Shown piece by piece: positions 1 through 9,827 of a stretch of DNA of 64,000 nucleotides. Each line of letters opens with the position of its first letter. Positions within the stretch are counted from its first letter, which is position 1. Location: contig JBKAGE010000072.1 in NCBI GenBank assembly GCA_046290225.1, positions 35,764 to 99,763 of the forward strand, read 5' to 3'. The notes below the pieces were generated by a model, which was not told the DNA's origin, did not search any database, and saw only the letters and a list, made by a program, of their open reading frames with translations. A program made the position numbers and the translations under genes. Origin of the DNA: Bradymonadia bacterium (lineage in GTDB: Bacteria; Myxococcota_A; Bradymonadia; UBA7976; UBA1532).

Positions 1-1
1 A

Positions 2-1207
2 TCAGTCGAGGAGGCAGGCCTTGAAGGGGCCGTCACCGTTGGGGCGGAAGGCATCTTTGCAGGTGAGGCCCTCACGACAGCCCTTCATGGGGAACAGGCC
101 GTAATCGCACCGGCTGTGACACATGCCTTTGCCGTCGCCTTGAGCGATGCACACGGTGGCGGTGTGCGCGCCGGCCATATCGGGGCAGAAGCGCTCACAT
201 GACTGGCTGCACATACCCACAGCCTTGTCTTCTGCAGCTTCGTCTTCTGCAACGTCGTCTTCCCCAGCGCCTTCGGCGTCCAGAGTGATGCACTGAGCCT
301 CGGCGCTCTCGATCAGGTGACAATCCGAGACCGCCTCGCACGCACCGCCGATGAACCCACGGTTGAGCTCGACCTCCGGCGTGGGGGCCCGGGGACACAC
401 CAGCTCGGGATCGTCTGCGGCGCAGCGCTCGAGGTAGGTCTCCAGGATATCGCCAGTGGCCTGCATCTCTTCTACGGCGGGGCGGCCGATGTACCGGAAG
501 TGCCAGGGTTCGAAGGCGTACCCGGTGATCTCTTCTTTGCCGTCGGGGTAGCTCAGGGCGAAGCCGTATTTCCAGGCGTTGGCGGCGAGCCACATGCCCT
601 CGGTGGTGGAGAAGAGTTCGCTGGTGAGGGCCCAGTTCACCGAGGGGGTGGTGATGTCCGCGGTGGTGCCGAGCTGATGCTGGCTGCGGCCGGGCTGGGC
701 GCTGTAGCGGAAGGCGTGCTCGAAGCCGTTCTGCCTCACCTTGTAGTCGAAGGTAATGCACTGGGTGCGGTAGCTGCGGTAACCCGAGCGCACCCGCAAG
801 TCGAAGCCCTCTTCGGCGAAGGCATCGTCGGCCAGCTCGATGAAGGCCAGCCACGCGCCCTGACGCAACTTTGCCGAGCGGCCCGGCATGACGTAGCGCT
901 GGCCGAGCGCCATCAAATCGACGGGGGCATAATCGGCCTTCAGCCGCTGGTGCTCGTCTTTGTTCACCCAGGTGAGCAGATCGTCGCCGTCGAGATCACC
1001 GCTCCCGTGGCGCTCGCAGGGGTTGCTGTCGGCCTTGGACTCGAGATCGGCGAGCAAATCCGGATCGAGCTCGTGATCGTGGCCGGCTGACTCAGCAGCC
1101 GGTGGCTGCTCCTCTGGTCCCTCTGCAGACCCCACTCCAGAATCCGTCTCTGTTCCGCATGCGGTGAGAAACAGGGCCAGGCAGGCCATTTTGAAGTGCA
1201 TGTGCAT
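2..1207 (-). CDS. D-Ala-D-Ala carboxypeptidase-like zinc peptidase (M15/VanY, LAS family), lipoprotein
   Basis: ORF 2..1249. Internal ATG at 1207 is preceded by GAGG. Lipoprotein signal MHMHFKMACLALFLTAC. M15/LAS-like motifs SGYRSYRTQ, HQLGTTADI, EPWHFRY. Cys-rich acidic C-terminal tail. Confidence 0.75.
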   Translation of the reverse strand: MHMHFKMACLALFLTACGTETDSGVGSAEGPEEQPPAAESAGHDHELDPDLLADLESKADSNPCERHGSGDLDGDDLLTWVNKDEHQRLKADYAPVDLMALGQRYVMPGRSAKLRQGAWLAFIELADDAFAEEGFDLRVRSGYRSYRTQCITFDYKVRQNGFEHAFRYSAQPGRSQHQLGTTADITTPSVNWALTSELFSTTEGMWLAANAWKYGFALSYPDGKEEITGYAFEPWHFRYIGRPAVEEMQATGDILETYLERCAADDPELVCPRAPTPEVELNRGFIGGACEAVSDCHLIESAEAQCITLDAEGAGEDDVAEDEAAEDKAVGMCSQSCERFCPDMAGAHTATVCIAQGDGKGMCHSRCDYGLFPMKGCREGLTCKDAFRPNGDGPFKACLLD

Positions 1208-1411
1208 GAGAGACCTCACGGTGTTCGGCGTGTGCAGCATTCTGGGCATTCTTCTTTTAGCACTCTATGTGCCAGCCTTTCGAGACCCAGACACCGCCTC
1301 GCTTCAGCGGCGCCCTTCCAGCGCCGATGATTGAAGGGCCATCTCGCCGGGAGATGGTGGACGTCGAGGTCGGCTGGTGTCTACTATGCCCTCGCACCGT
1401 CCCACACACGG

Positions 1412-2308
1412 ATGTGGGGACCGCCCCAAGGAGGCCCATTGCGCACTCGAAGCCTGCTGACATCTGGCCCGCGTAAGCTCAACCCTCTCGCCCTGTGCGC
1501 CTTGATCCCCAGCCTCGCGATCGCTGATCCGCAGCCGACGCCGAGCCCTGCCGTGCCCTCTGCAGAGGTGCCCCTGGCTCCGGTCCGAGCCTTCACAGCC
1601 CCTGCCGAGCATCCCGAGGCCGGCGAGGGTGAGGCGATCGAGGTGGCCCAGCGCCGTCGCCGCCGTCGTCGCCGCCGCGCGGCCCCTGGAGGCATCGACG
1701 ACTCGGATCTCGCCCGCGAGGAGACCCTCGAAGAGCTCAAAGAGGAAGAGTACGAGAAAGAGGCGTGGTCCGTGGGTACTGCCATCGGCCTGAGCTTCAT
1801 CCCCGGCGGGGGTGCGGGGCTCATCTACGCCGAGAAGCCCGCGGCTTCGACAGTGCCCTACCTGCTCAGCGCCATCGGCTACGGGGTGGGCATCGCCTAC
1901 TTCGTCGGCGCCTTCGACGAGTCGTCGAGCGTGGTGTGCAACCATGACATCGACGGCCGCGTGGCCTTCGAAGAGTGCAGCTTCGGTGATCCCGGCAGCG
2001 CGGTGCGCAACGATCGCGATCCCCGCGGCACCCCCATCAACGGGCAGCAGCCCCCCTACTTCCAGACTCAGGGTCAGTACACCGAGGCCACCATCGGTGA
2101 AGACTTCGACGGCAAGCAGACGGGTCTGATCATCATCGCCGGCACCTACGTGGTGACGACGGTGCTCGGCGCTGTCTGGGCAGCCAGTTCGGTCTCTGAT
2201 CACAACGACGCGGTGCGCAAGAAGATCGACTCCACGGTGCAGGCGCCGAAGCCCATCGTGGCCTACGACGGCCGCCGTGGCTTCCTGGGCCTGTCCTTCG
2301 ACTTTTGA
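1412..2308 (+). CDS. hypothetical secreted/membrane protein with a poly-Arg tract
   Basis: ORF 1331..2308; first ATG at 1412. Signal-like LALCALIPSLAIA. Run QRRRRRRRRRAAPGG followed by an acidic helix and two hydrophobic segments. The antisense ORF 1304..2353 is judged an artefact. Start uncertain. Confidence 0.4.
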   Translation: MWGPPQGGPLRTRSLLTSGPRKLNPLALCALIPSLAIADPQPTPSPAVPSAEVPLAPVRAFTAPAEHPEAGEGEAIEVAQRRRRRRRRRAAPGGIDDSDLAREETLEELKEEEYEKEAWSVGTAIGLSFIPGGGAGLIYAEKPAASTVPYLLSAIGYGVGIAYFVGAFDESSSVVCNHDIDGRVAFEECSFGDPGSAVRNDRDPRGTPINGQQPPYFQTQGQYTEATIGEDFDGKQTGLIIIAGTYVVTTVLGAVWAASSVSDHNDAVRKKIDSTVQAPKPIVAYDGRRGFLGLSFDF

Positions 2309-2741
2309 GCGGACGGCTGTGCTGCGCACCGCCTGTAGCGAACGACCCAGCAAAAGCTTTCGCTTCGCTGCGTCTGTAGCGGACGCCTCGCCTTCGGCGA
2401 AAGCTGTAGCGGACGCTCATTTGCCTCCGGCAAATTCCCTGTAGCTTTTTTGAAGATCACTTTGGGGGCGTTGGCTCATCTACCGCGAACGTTGAGGGTT
2501 TCTGGCGGACCAGTTCCGGCGCAAGTCCAATCTGGGTTGAGAAGCCCAGCAGGTGCACCATAACTCTCTAAAAAGCTACAGCCCAGGCTGCCGGAGGCAG
2601 ACTCGGCGTCCGCTACAGCTCTGCAAGGCGAAGCCGCAGCAGGCGTCCGCTACAGGCGGTGCCAAAGGCACGGCCGTCCGCTACAGACGCAGCGAAGCTG
2701 GGTCGTCCGCTACAGGCAGCCGTCCGCTCACACCAGATACA
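2308..2741. repeat. MITE-like palindromic element built from CTGTAGCGGACG 12-mers
   Basis: Left arm 2308-2460 carries about four copies of CTGTAGCGGACG/CTGTAGCGAACG. Right arm 2570-2741 carries about five copies of the reverse complement CGTCCGCTACAG in mirrored order. Inner inverted pair GTAGCTTTTT/AAAAAGCTAC. Unique ~110 bp core. Lies in the intergenic region upstream of lspA. Confidence 0.6.
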
Positions 2742-2830
2742 AGCTAGAACAGCCCCCTTGTGCCTGCATAGGTCCCCGGTTTAAACCCACCCGGGCATAA
2801 GCCAGCAGCAGCAAAAGGTTCAGCCTCACC

Positions 2831-3388
2831 ATGAGACGCTACCGATCTTTGATGACGATCGCCTTCACCTGGGTGGTGGCCGACCAGCTCACCAAGTGGT
2901 GGGCCGTGTCGGCTCTATACCCCGGTGATCTCCCCGAGCAGGCCGGGCTTCTGCGGCGCAACACGCAGACCTACGAGGTCTTCGAGTCGTGGTTCCGATT
3001 CGAACTCGCCGGAAACAAGGGCGCCGCTTTCAGCATCTTCGGGACGATGTCGGAGTCGTTCCGCGTGCCCTTCTTCGTGATTCTCACGGCGGCGGCCATC
3101 GGGCTGATCTTCATGCTGTATCGCAAGACCCCTGACGATCAGCGCCTCATGAAGACCGCCCTGGCCTTTGTCATGGGTGGCGCCATCGGCAACTTGATCG
3201 ACCGGGTGGTGCGCGGATACGTGATCGACTTCATCAGCTGGCACTACGGCAACGAGTGGGCGTGGCCCACCTTCAACATCGCCGATGTGGCCATCAGCGT
3301 CGGGGTGGGCTTGCTGCTCATCGACGCCTTCTTCCAGAAGAAGCCTCCGGAGACCGAGCCTCCAGGCGCCGAACCACAGGACGCTTGA
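2831..3388 (+). CDS. lspA: lipoprotein signal peptidase II
   Basis: 185 aa. Conserved NKGAAFS and FNIADVAISVGV motifs of signal peptidase II. Four TM segments. Confidence 0.9.
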   Translation: MRRYRSLMTIAFTWVVADQLTKWWAVSALYPGDLPEQAGLLRRNTQTYEVFESWFRFELAGNKGAAFSIFGTMSESFRVPFFVILTAAAIGLIFMLYRKTPDDQRLMKTALAFVMGGAIGNLIDRVVRGYVIDFISWHYGNEWAWPTFNIADVAISVGVGLLLIDAFFQKKPPETEPPGAEPQDA

Positions 3389-3389
3389 C

Positions 3390-4367
3390 GTGCACCCAGT
3401 CCTGCTCAACCTGTTCGGGTACCCGATCCACCTGTATGCGGTGATGATCGCCACCGGTTTCATCGGTGGGGTCTGGCTCTCTGCCCGCTACGGCGAGCGG
3501 GTGGGCCTCGATCGCGACATGATCCTCGACCTGTGCTGGTGGCTGCTCGTGGCAGGCCTCGTCGGGGCCCGCATCGGCTTCATCGTCACCCAGTTCGATC
3601 AGTACTACCTGCCCTGTGTCGATGTACCCAGGTACAACGAGCTCTACCCCGACGATCCTCTCACCGAGCCCGACTGCTTCCGGTTGCTGAAGTTCTGGAA
3701 CGGCGGCCTCGTGTTCCTCGGCGGGGTGGTGCTGGCCCTCTTCGCCCTCGTCTGGTTCACCCGGCGCGAGGGTGTGAAGCTGCTCCCTGTGGCCGACGCC
3801 CTGATCCCTTCCCTGGCCCTGGGTCAGTTCTTCGGACGCCTGGGCTGCCTCGCCGCGGGCTGTTGCTGGGGCAAGGTCACCGAGGCGCCGTGGGCGATCC
3901 ATTTCCCCAAGGGCTCGATGGTGCACTACCTGCACGCCGAGGCTCACTTGATCCCCCACTCTGCCGTCGAGTCCATGGGGGTGCACCCCACTCAGCTCTA
4001 CGACGCCGGCGCGGGCTTGCTCATCTTCGGGCTGCTCATCTGGATCCGGCAGCGCAAGACCTGGCACGGGCAGGTCTTCGCGTGGTGGCTGCTGCTGTAC
4101 CCGCTCGCCCGCTCCACCATCGAACTGTTCCGTGGTGACGACGAGGAGCGCGGGTTCCTCTTCGAGGTGGTCTCCGAGTCCCTCAACGAGATGCTGGGCC
4201 TGCCTCCGGGCAGCATCACCTTCTTGTCCACGAGCCAGTTCATCAGCCTCTGCCTCGCCGCCGTGGCGGTGTACCTCATCCTCAGGCACCGCAAACAGGG
4301 CGCCGCGAACGATCCGCCGAGCGCGCCCACCAGCGCGCCGCCGACGGACGAGGCGAGCGCAGTCTGA
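3390..4367 (+). CDS. lgt: prolipoprotein diacylglyceryl transferase
   Basis: In-frame GTG at 3390, directly after the lspA stop, gives VHPVLLNLFGYPIHLYAVM... Lgt hallmarks include the GRLGCLAAGCCWGK and HPTQLYDAG regions. The ORF tracker extends upstream to 3285 only because it overlaps lspA. Confidence 0.9.
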   Translation: MHPVLLNLFGYPIHLYAVMIATGFIGGVWLSARYGERVGLDRDMILDLCWWLLVAGLVGARIGFIVTQFDQYYLPCVDVPRYNELYPDDPLTEPDCFRLLKFWNGGLVFLGGVVLALFALVWFTRREGVKLLPVADALIPSLALGQFFGRLGCLAAGCCWGKVTEAPWAIHFPKGSMVHYLHAEAHLIPHSAVESMGVHPTQLYDAGAGLLIFGLLIWIRQRKTWHGQVFAWWLLLYPLARSTIELFRGDDEERGFLFEVVSESLNEMLGLPPGSITFLSTSQFISLCLAAVAVYLILRHRKQGAANDPPSAPTSAPPTDEASAV

Positions 4368-4372
4368 CCGTC

Positions 4373-5236
4373 ATGAAGGGCTTCGGGCTCATTTCATCGC
4401 TGTGCGTGATGGTGCTGCTGAGCGGCTGCGGCTCCGCGGGCAAGGTGCAGGTCCAGCCACTGGGCCCTGAGCGCGCCTCCACACGTGATGCACATGTAGA
4501 GTTCATCGAGGGGCTTCGCGGGCTGCCAGCGGGGTTCTTCTACGTCGAAGACCCGATGGGCCGGAAGGCCCACCTGCACGCTGTGGCCGAGTACCCCACT
4601 CTGGGATCCCCTCATCAGGTGATCGGCGCCCTGTTGATTCAAAACGCAGATCGCCTGCTGGCCCCGCTTGACGACGAGGCCCGCTCCAAGTTGCGCGCCC
4701 GGGCCACCACGTTGGGGGCCAACCGCATCTTCTTCCCCAACGCCCGACGCGCTTTCGGGTATGCGATTTGGGTGAGCAATGCCCAACCATCAGCGCACCA
4801 CCTGGGCCTCGAGGGCATCACACGTCAGCGAGAGGCGTTGTCCGGCTGGACTCCGGTGTCCGAGCCGATTCAGGCGACGCTCGACGACGCCCAGATCGTG
4901 CTCGAGGGTGAGGCGGGCTTCTGTCACCAGCTGCTGGTCTCGCTCGATCAAGACGCTCAATGGGCCGAGGGCGCCTCTCGCGGGCTCGCTGTCGTACGCG
5001 AGGGCCGAAAGCTGCTGGTCCGCCAGTCACTGGGCGAGATCGACGGGTTCCCCATCGTCGCCCCCACAGGAGGCCGCTACGTGGGGCTGCACGCCTTCAG
5101 CCAGCCCCTGGGGTGTTTGAAGGCGAACACGACGCAGCACCTGACCCTCACCGACCGACTCGGCAAAGCCGCAGGGCGCGGCGACGTCTGGCTTCAGTTG
5201 GTGAGGCGACCTCGGCGCAGGAAGGGCCGCCGCTGA
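4373..5236 (+). CDS. hypothetical lipoprotein
   Basis: Lipobox LLSGC after MKGFGLISSLCVMV. 287 aa. No recognisable catalytic motif. Start is 5 nt after the lgt stop. Confidence 0.55.
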   Translation: MKGFGLISSLCVMVLLSGCGSAGKVQVQPLGPERASTRDAHVEFIEGLRGLPAGFFYVEDPMGRKAHLHAVAEYPTLGSPHQVIGALLIQNADRLLAPLDDEARSKLRARATTLGANRIFFPNARRAFGYAIWVSNAQPSAHHLGLEGITRQREALSGWTPVSEPIQATLDDAQIVLEGEAGFCHQLLVSLDQDAQWAEGASRGLAVVREGRKLLVRQSLGEIDGFPIVAPTGGRYVGLHAFSQPLGCLKANTTQHLTLTDRLGKAAGRGDVWLQLVRRPRRRKGRR

Positions 5237-5239
5237 GCG

Positions 5240-8194
5240 TCAGCGACGGCTCGCCAGGGCCGTGCGGGCGCCACCGGCACGCAACAGCTCGATGATGGCG
5301 TCGCGGTTGGGCAACTCGGCCCCCTGCAGCTCCTCCACCAGCGCCGCCACCTTCTGTGCCTCTTCGAGGTAGCCGAAGGCCAACGGACCCAACGCTGAAG
5401 GGTCGAGGCTCTCCACGAACCCCAGCCCCTCTCGATAGACGATGTCGGCGGCGAGCCGCGCAGCCATTACACGGTGCAGATACGCCTGGGGCAGACCAGC
5501 CACGGCCGCTTCGCCTGCGGTGCTCAGCAAGACCTGAGGCAAGTGAGACCGCACCAGGGGCATCATGCGGGATTGCCCCTCGTCACCCACCTGACCCAAA
5601 CCGGTGAAGATGGCGTCGCCGAGGGTGTTGATGGCCCGGCTCAGGCGAATGCTGGTCCGGGCCAGAGACTGACTCGGGTCGAGGCGGTGGGTGCGGAACA
5701 AGGCCTCGGCCTCTTGACGGGCCACGGCCCTCAGCCGGTGCAGCACCTGCTCGACGAAGACATCCTTGATGGCCATGAAGGCCTCCGCAGAGACCAGCAT
5801 CCCGGCGGCGATCTCGAAGCTCGAGCAGATCACCCCGCACTTGTTCGCGGAGCTGTCCTTGACCACGAGCACGCCGGCCTCGGCGGAGAGCGCCTCACGG
5901 GCCCCCTTGGTGAGGAACAGGTTGGCCCCTTCGACGATGAGCTTTGCCCGAGGGCGGCCGCCTGCGTCGAGGAAGGATCGCCAGTTCCCTTCGTGGATCG
6001 TACCTGGGCGCCCGCCGCAAGGCAGGAACGCGTCGACGGTGAGGCGCTCGTGCAGGGTGTTCCGCCGGTGGGCGCCTTCAGGGGCGCTCAGGGGCACCAC
6101 CTGACCCCGAGGGCTCAGGTGCGATGGATCGAAGTCAGCGATGGGCAACCCCTCGGCCACCAGGCGTAACAACTCGCCGTGGTCGAGACCCTCGGGATCT
6201 TCCGCGCTGCCGCTGCCGTCGGCGATGCCCACGATGTGGGCGTGCTCTCCGAACTCCCGGTGGAGGATCTTGATCTCGTTCCCCGCCACGTCACCATCGG
6301 GGCCGCCAGTGAGGCTCACGGTGAAGGGTGTGGTACGCGGATCGATGCCGATGGCGTTGAGGGCCACCTCGAGGAACACCGTCACCCCTTCGCTGGTGAC
6401 GCCGTACCGCTTGTGATTGATGCCTGCGCCGGGCTTGCTGCTCATGAAGACGTCGGGCAACGGGTAGCCGCGGCTGCGGGCTCGCTCCACGAGCCACACG
6501 ATGTAGTCGTCGGCGATGTTCTCGTCGGGGCCCAGGTACAAAATCTCGGGGCGACCCAGGCGGTCAGGCACAGGCTCGGTGGCGGGCACCAGCAGGTCGA
6601 GTAACGCGTCGCCGAAAGCCTTCACCGACGACTCGACGTCGACGTTGGGCTCCAGCAACATCACCCCCTTAGACCCACCCTCGGGGATGTCCTTATTCTT
6701 GAGCTGTTGGGCAAAGGCGAGGCCGTACACCTCGTCGTAGAGCCGCTGCGCCTCGCGAAAGTGGTGCTCGGGGTTGCGGGATCGCACCGCCCGGATGCCG
6801 CCCCGAGCGATGTCCCGGAACCGCACGTGGAACCCGTCGAAGCCCCTGCCGTGCACGAAGAACACGCCATAGGGCAGCACCGCCCGGTTGGGATCATCTG
6901 CGTCGGTGAGGAACGCCGGATCGAGGCGGAATGAGAGGGCATAGCGCCCCTCTCGGTGCACATTGGTCTTGAGGACCGCCTTCACCGCCCGGGTCAGCGT
7001 CACCATGACCTGACGGGCCTCCGGAGCATCTACCAGCATGGGCAGAGTGGCCTCGATGGCATCGACTTGAGCGAGGAAGTCTTCCTCAGCGAGGGTCTCC
7101 TGGGGGTCGAAGCGGCTGATGAGGGCCTGGACCAGCGGCATCACCACCTGTGGGTGTCGATCTGCAGCCTCGAGGATCCTGGCCCGGGAGAACCCGTGTC
7201 GGTCACGCTTCGTGAGCGACTGGTGTGCCAGATCACACAAAGCCACCTGCATCTCTGCAGCGAGCACGTCGAAAGCGTGCTCGGCGCCAGAGCGCGCCAG
7301 CACCCGATCGTCGAGCCACTTGAGGCGCCCGCAGGCCCGGCTCAGCTCCGCCCACAAGGGGCTGCCTGCATCGAGCTCTTCGTCTTCTGGCGGTGCCACC
7401 ACAAAGCTCAACACCGCCAATGCCCTACCTGTGGCCGGCTCTTCGGGATCATCCGCCGGCCCGCGCTCGTCGAAGAGATCGAGGTAGGCGCGGCGAATAT
7501 CGACCCCGCGGCTCCCGAAGTGATGGGAAAACCGCTCAAGCAGGGTCCGGGGCTGGGCGCGGTCCACGGTGATGGTCACCCGCCACAGATCAGGCTCGAG
7601 CAGGTCCTGCTCCAAGTGAGCCACAGCGGCCTCGGTGCCCTCCACCGCCTGGATCTGCCGCCAGTGCATCCACGAGCGGGCGGGGCTGATGGTGTTCAGG
7701 TACGACAGGCTGCAGCGGGTGAGGTGGCGCTCGAAGGCAGCGTCGACCTCGCCACCGTTCGCCTCGAGGGCGTGGGCTCGGAAAGGCGACAACAGCGCCT
7801 CGTGCTCAGGGTTGCCCATGTCGACGTACGCGGCGCCGCCGAAGCGGAACACGTCGACAACGAGGGCGCCGTCGTTGCTGGTGTGCACCTTCGCCGACGA
7901 CAGGCGCTTCCCCTTGGGCAGGCGCTTCAACAACGCCCCCAGGAGACCGCGTCGATCCTGAGCATGGATGAAGGTGACCTCGCTGCCGTCATCGCGCTGG
8001 AGCGTCAGCGAGAGGGGCTGCTCCGAGGCCCGAGCGGCGATCAGAGCCCCGATGTGCGCCTCACGACTGCGCAGATCAGTGTCGCGAAAATATGACGGCG
8101 GCATCACCGACAAGAACCAGGGCACCACCTGCTCGGTGGTCTCGGCAAATGTATCGGAGAGGCGGCGGACGAGCTCTTCAGAAGAGGTGGACAT
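5240..8194 (-). CDS. NAD-specific glutamate dehydrogenase, large (~110 kDa) class
   Basis: 984 aa. Glu/Leu/Phe/Val dehydrogenase core motifs GGSKGVMLL, GPDENI and SSKPGAGINHKRYGVTSEGV sit in the centre of long N- and C-terminal extensions, as in GDH2-type NAD-GDH. Confidence 0.75.
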   Translation of the reverse strand: MSTSSEELVRRLSDTFAETTEQVVPWFLSVMPPSYFRDTDLRSREAHIGALIAARASEQPLSLTLQRDDGSEVTFIHAQDRRGLLGALLKRLPKGKRLSSAKVHTSNDGALVVDVFRFGGAAYVDMGNPEHEALLSPFRAHALEANGGEVDAAFERHLTRCSLSYLNTISPARSWMHWRQIQAVEGTEAAVAHLEQDLLEPDLWRVTITVDRAQPRTLLERFSHHFGSRGVDIRRAYLDLFDERGPADDPEEPATGRALAVLSFVVAPPEDEELDAGSPLWAELSRACGRLKWLDDRVLARSGAEHAFDVLAAEMQVALCDLAHQSLTKRDRHGFSRARILEAADRHPQVVMPLVQALISRFDPQETLAEEDFLAQVDAIEATLPMLVDAPEARQVMVTLTRAVKAVLKTNVHREGRYALSFRLDPAFLTDADDPNRAVLPYGVFFVHGRGFDGFHVRFRDIARGGIRAVRSRNPEHHFREAQRLYDEVYGLAFAQQLKNKDIPEGGSKGVMLLEPNVDVESSVKAFGDALLDLLVPATEPVPDRLGRPEILYLGPDENIADDYIVWLVERARSRGYPLPDVFMSSKPGAGINHKRYGVTSEGVTVFLEVALNAIGIDPRTTPFTVSLTGGPDGDVAGNEIKILHREFGEHAHIVGIADGSGSAEDPEGLDHGELLRLVAEGLPIADFDPSHLSPRGQVVPLSAPEGAHRRNTLHERLTVDAFLPCGGRPGTIHEGNWRSFLDAGGRPRAKLIVEGANLFLTKGAREALSAEAGVLVVKDSSANKCGVICSSFEIAAGMLVSAEAFMAIKDVFVEQVLHRLRAVARQEAEALFRTHRLDPSQSLARTSIRLSRAINTLGDAIFTGLGQVGDEGQSRMMPLVRSHLPQVLLSTAGEAAVAGLPQAYLHRVMAARLAADIVYREGLGFVESLDPSALGPLAFGYLEEAQKVAALVEELQGAELPNRDAIIELLRAGGARTALASRR

Positions 8195-8224
8195 CAGAGT
8201 GGAAGTCCTCGTGGTGGGGCTGAA

Positions 8225-9358
8225 TTACTTGGCTTTCTTCGCCAACTCTCGGTCGATGATGGCGGAGAAGGCCTCGAGGGGCTGCGCACCGCTTAGGGGG
8301 ATCCCGTTGATGAAGAAGGCTGGGGTGCCCTCGACGCCTGCAGCGGAGCCCACGGCGGCATCAGCAGCCACCGCATCCTTGATCTCGTCCGAAGCCTGAC
8401 AGGCCTTGAGCGCCTTCATATCGAGGCCCTTGATCTCCGCGAGGGCCTTCTCGATGGCCCCCTCGGGCAGCTCGGCGTCGAGGGCGAAGAGGGCGTCGTA
8501 CGCCGCCCAGAACTTCCCCTGCTTGCCGGCACACCGCGCCGCCACCGCAGCAGGGACTGCCTGAGGGTGGAAGCCCAGCGGGTAGTCCCGGAACACCACC
8601 TTCACCTTGCCGGGGTACTTCTTGGCCACCTCTTCGACCACCTCGGCCCCCTTCGCGCAGAAGGGGCACTCAAAGTCGGCAAACTCTACGATGGTGATGG
8701 GGGCGTCTGCGGGGCCGCGGCTGGGGCCCGCCTCGATGGGGCCACGATCCACGCGCCAGGGCTCCAGGGCCACCATGAGGCCTGCCTTGCCCCGCAGGCC
8801 CTGAACCAGCTCGTTCACCCGAGCTTCTTGAGCTTGCTCTTTGAGGTAGCTGGCGATGTCGGCCTTCACCTCGTCGAACTTCGCCCCCTGCATGCGATCT
8901 TTGTATTCCTCGTAGAGGGCCTTCACCTCGGCCTCTTTGGGCTCGGGCACCTTGGCCATCTCCGCCTGAATCAGCGCCTTCATGTCGGCGAGCTTGCGGG
9001 ACTTCGCCTCGGCCTCGAGCAGCTTGCGGTCGACCATCTCCTCCACGGCGCCCGAGCGCAGATCATAGACCTGCTGCTGCCAGGCACGGCGAGCGCTGCA
9101 CAGCTCGTCGGCGATGCTGGCGTCGAGCTCGCCCACGGTGATCTTCACCTCTTTGCCATCGATCTTCACCGTGGCCGCGGTGGCCGAGGGCGCCATATCC
9201 GGTGCGGACTTACATTGCTTGGGGGCCTGAGCTGAAGCGCTCAGGGTGCAGCTGCCCCACACCAAAGTGGTCAGCATCACGCGACCGAGCACGGTCTTCA
9301 GGCCAGCGTTCTTTAAAACAGTGTTCTTTGGGGCTGCATTCTGTGGAGCAGTGGTCAT
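8225..9358 (-). CDS. DsbA-family thiol:disulfide oxidoreductase (secreted)
   Basis: Signal peptide. Thioredoxin-fold active site FADFECPFCAKG. Long helical N-terminal domain. Confidence 0.75.
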   Translation of the reverse strand: MTTAPQNAAPKNTVLKNAGLKTVLGRVMLTTLVWGSCTLSASAQAPKQCKSAPDMAPSATAATVKIDGKEVKITVGELDASIADELCSARRAWQQQVYDLRSGAVEEMVDRKLLEAEAKSRKLADMKALIQAEMAKVPEPKEAEVKALYEEYKDRMQGAKFDEVKADIASYLKEQAQEARVNELVQGLRGKAGLMVALEPWRVDRGPIEAGPSRGPADAPITIVEFADFECPFCAKGAEVVEEVAKKYPGKVKVVFRDYPLGFHPQAVPAAVAARCAGKQGKFWAAYDALFALDAELPEGAIEKALAEIKGLDMKALKACQASDEIKDAVAADAAVGSAAGVEGTPAFFINGIPLSGAQPLEAFSAIIDRELAKKAK

Positions 9359-9560
9359 CAGGGCCTCCAGCCCGCCACTGCGGGCACGTTGAGCGTCGTG
9401 TTCTGGACCTCATATCAGGGTGAAGGCGCAGGGGTGGATCTTTTTTATTTGACTGAACATGGGTTCAGCACTAAATCAATCCTTGTACCTACACCACCCT
9501 ACTCAATGGCGGGGGATCGTCAATCCCCCCGACAGGGTGGGAGACTTCGAGGAGGTTCAG

Positions 9561-9827
9561 ATGTTCATCACCCCGACTCAACTCACCGTCCTGCTCAGCC
9601 TCACCTGCTTCGGCGTGCTGCTCTGCATCGGTTGCTGTGTGTGGATGATGCGCCATCGTGGGGCGGGTGTCGTGGCCCGTGTGATGCCGGCCCGCCACCC
9701 GTCATCTGCGCGGCGACAGGCCCCAGGGCCCGTGAGCATCGATCCCACCCCCGGGCCCGCCTGGCGGGAGACCATGGGGCCGGAGAGCCCTCACCCCTTG
9801 GCCTGGCCTGTGGTTCGGCCTTCGTGA
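9561..9827 (+). CDS. small single-TM membrane protein (hypothetical)
   Basis: ATG at 9561 preceded by GGAGG at a 6-nt spacing. MFITPTQLTVLLSLTCFGVLLCIGCCVWMMRHRG... Its 3' end overlaps the convergent histidine kinase, so this call is weak. Confidence 0.3.
   Translation: MFITPTQLTVLLSLTCFGVLLCIGCCVWMMRHRGAGVVARVMPARHPSSARRQAPGPVSIDPTPGPAWRETMGPESPHPLAWPVVRPS

Noticed and set aside
317-1090. 257-aa plus-strand ORF antisense to the M15 peptidase gene
   Set aside because: Gly/Ala/Val-rich low-complexity translation typical of the wrong strand in high-GC DNA. No RBS. The peptidase frame has clear motifs.
1304-2353. 349-aa minus-strand ORF overlapping 1412-2308
   Set aside because: Arg/Gly/Ala-rich with no motif. 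Mirror frame of the poly-Arg gene. High-GC artefact.
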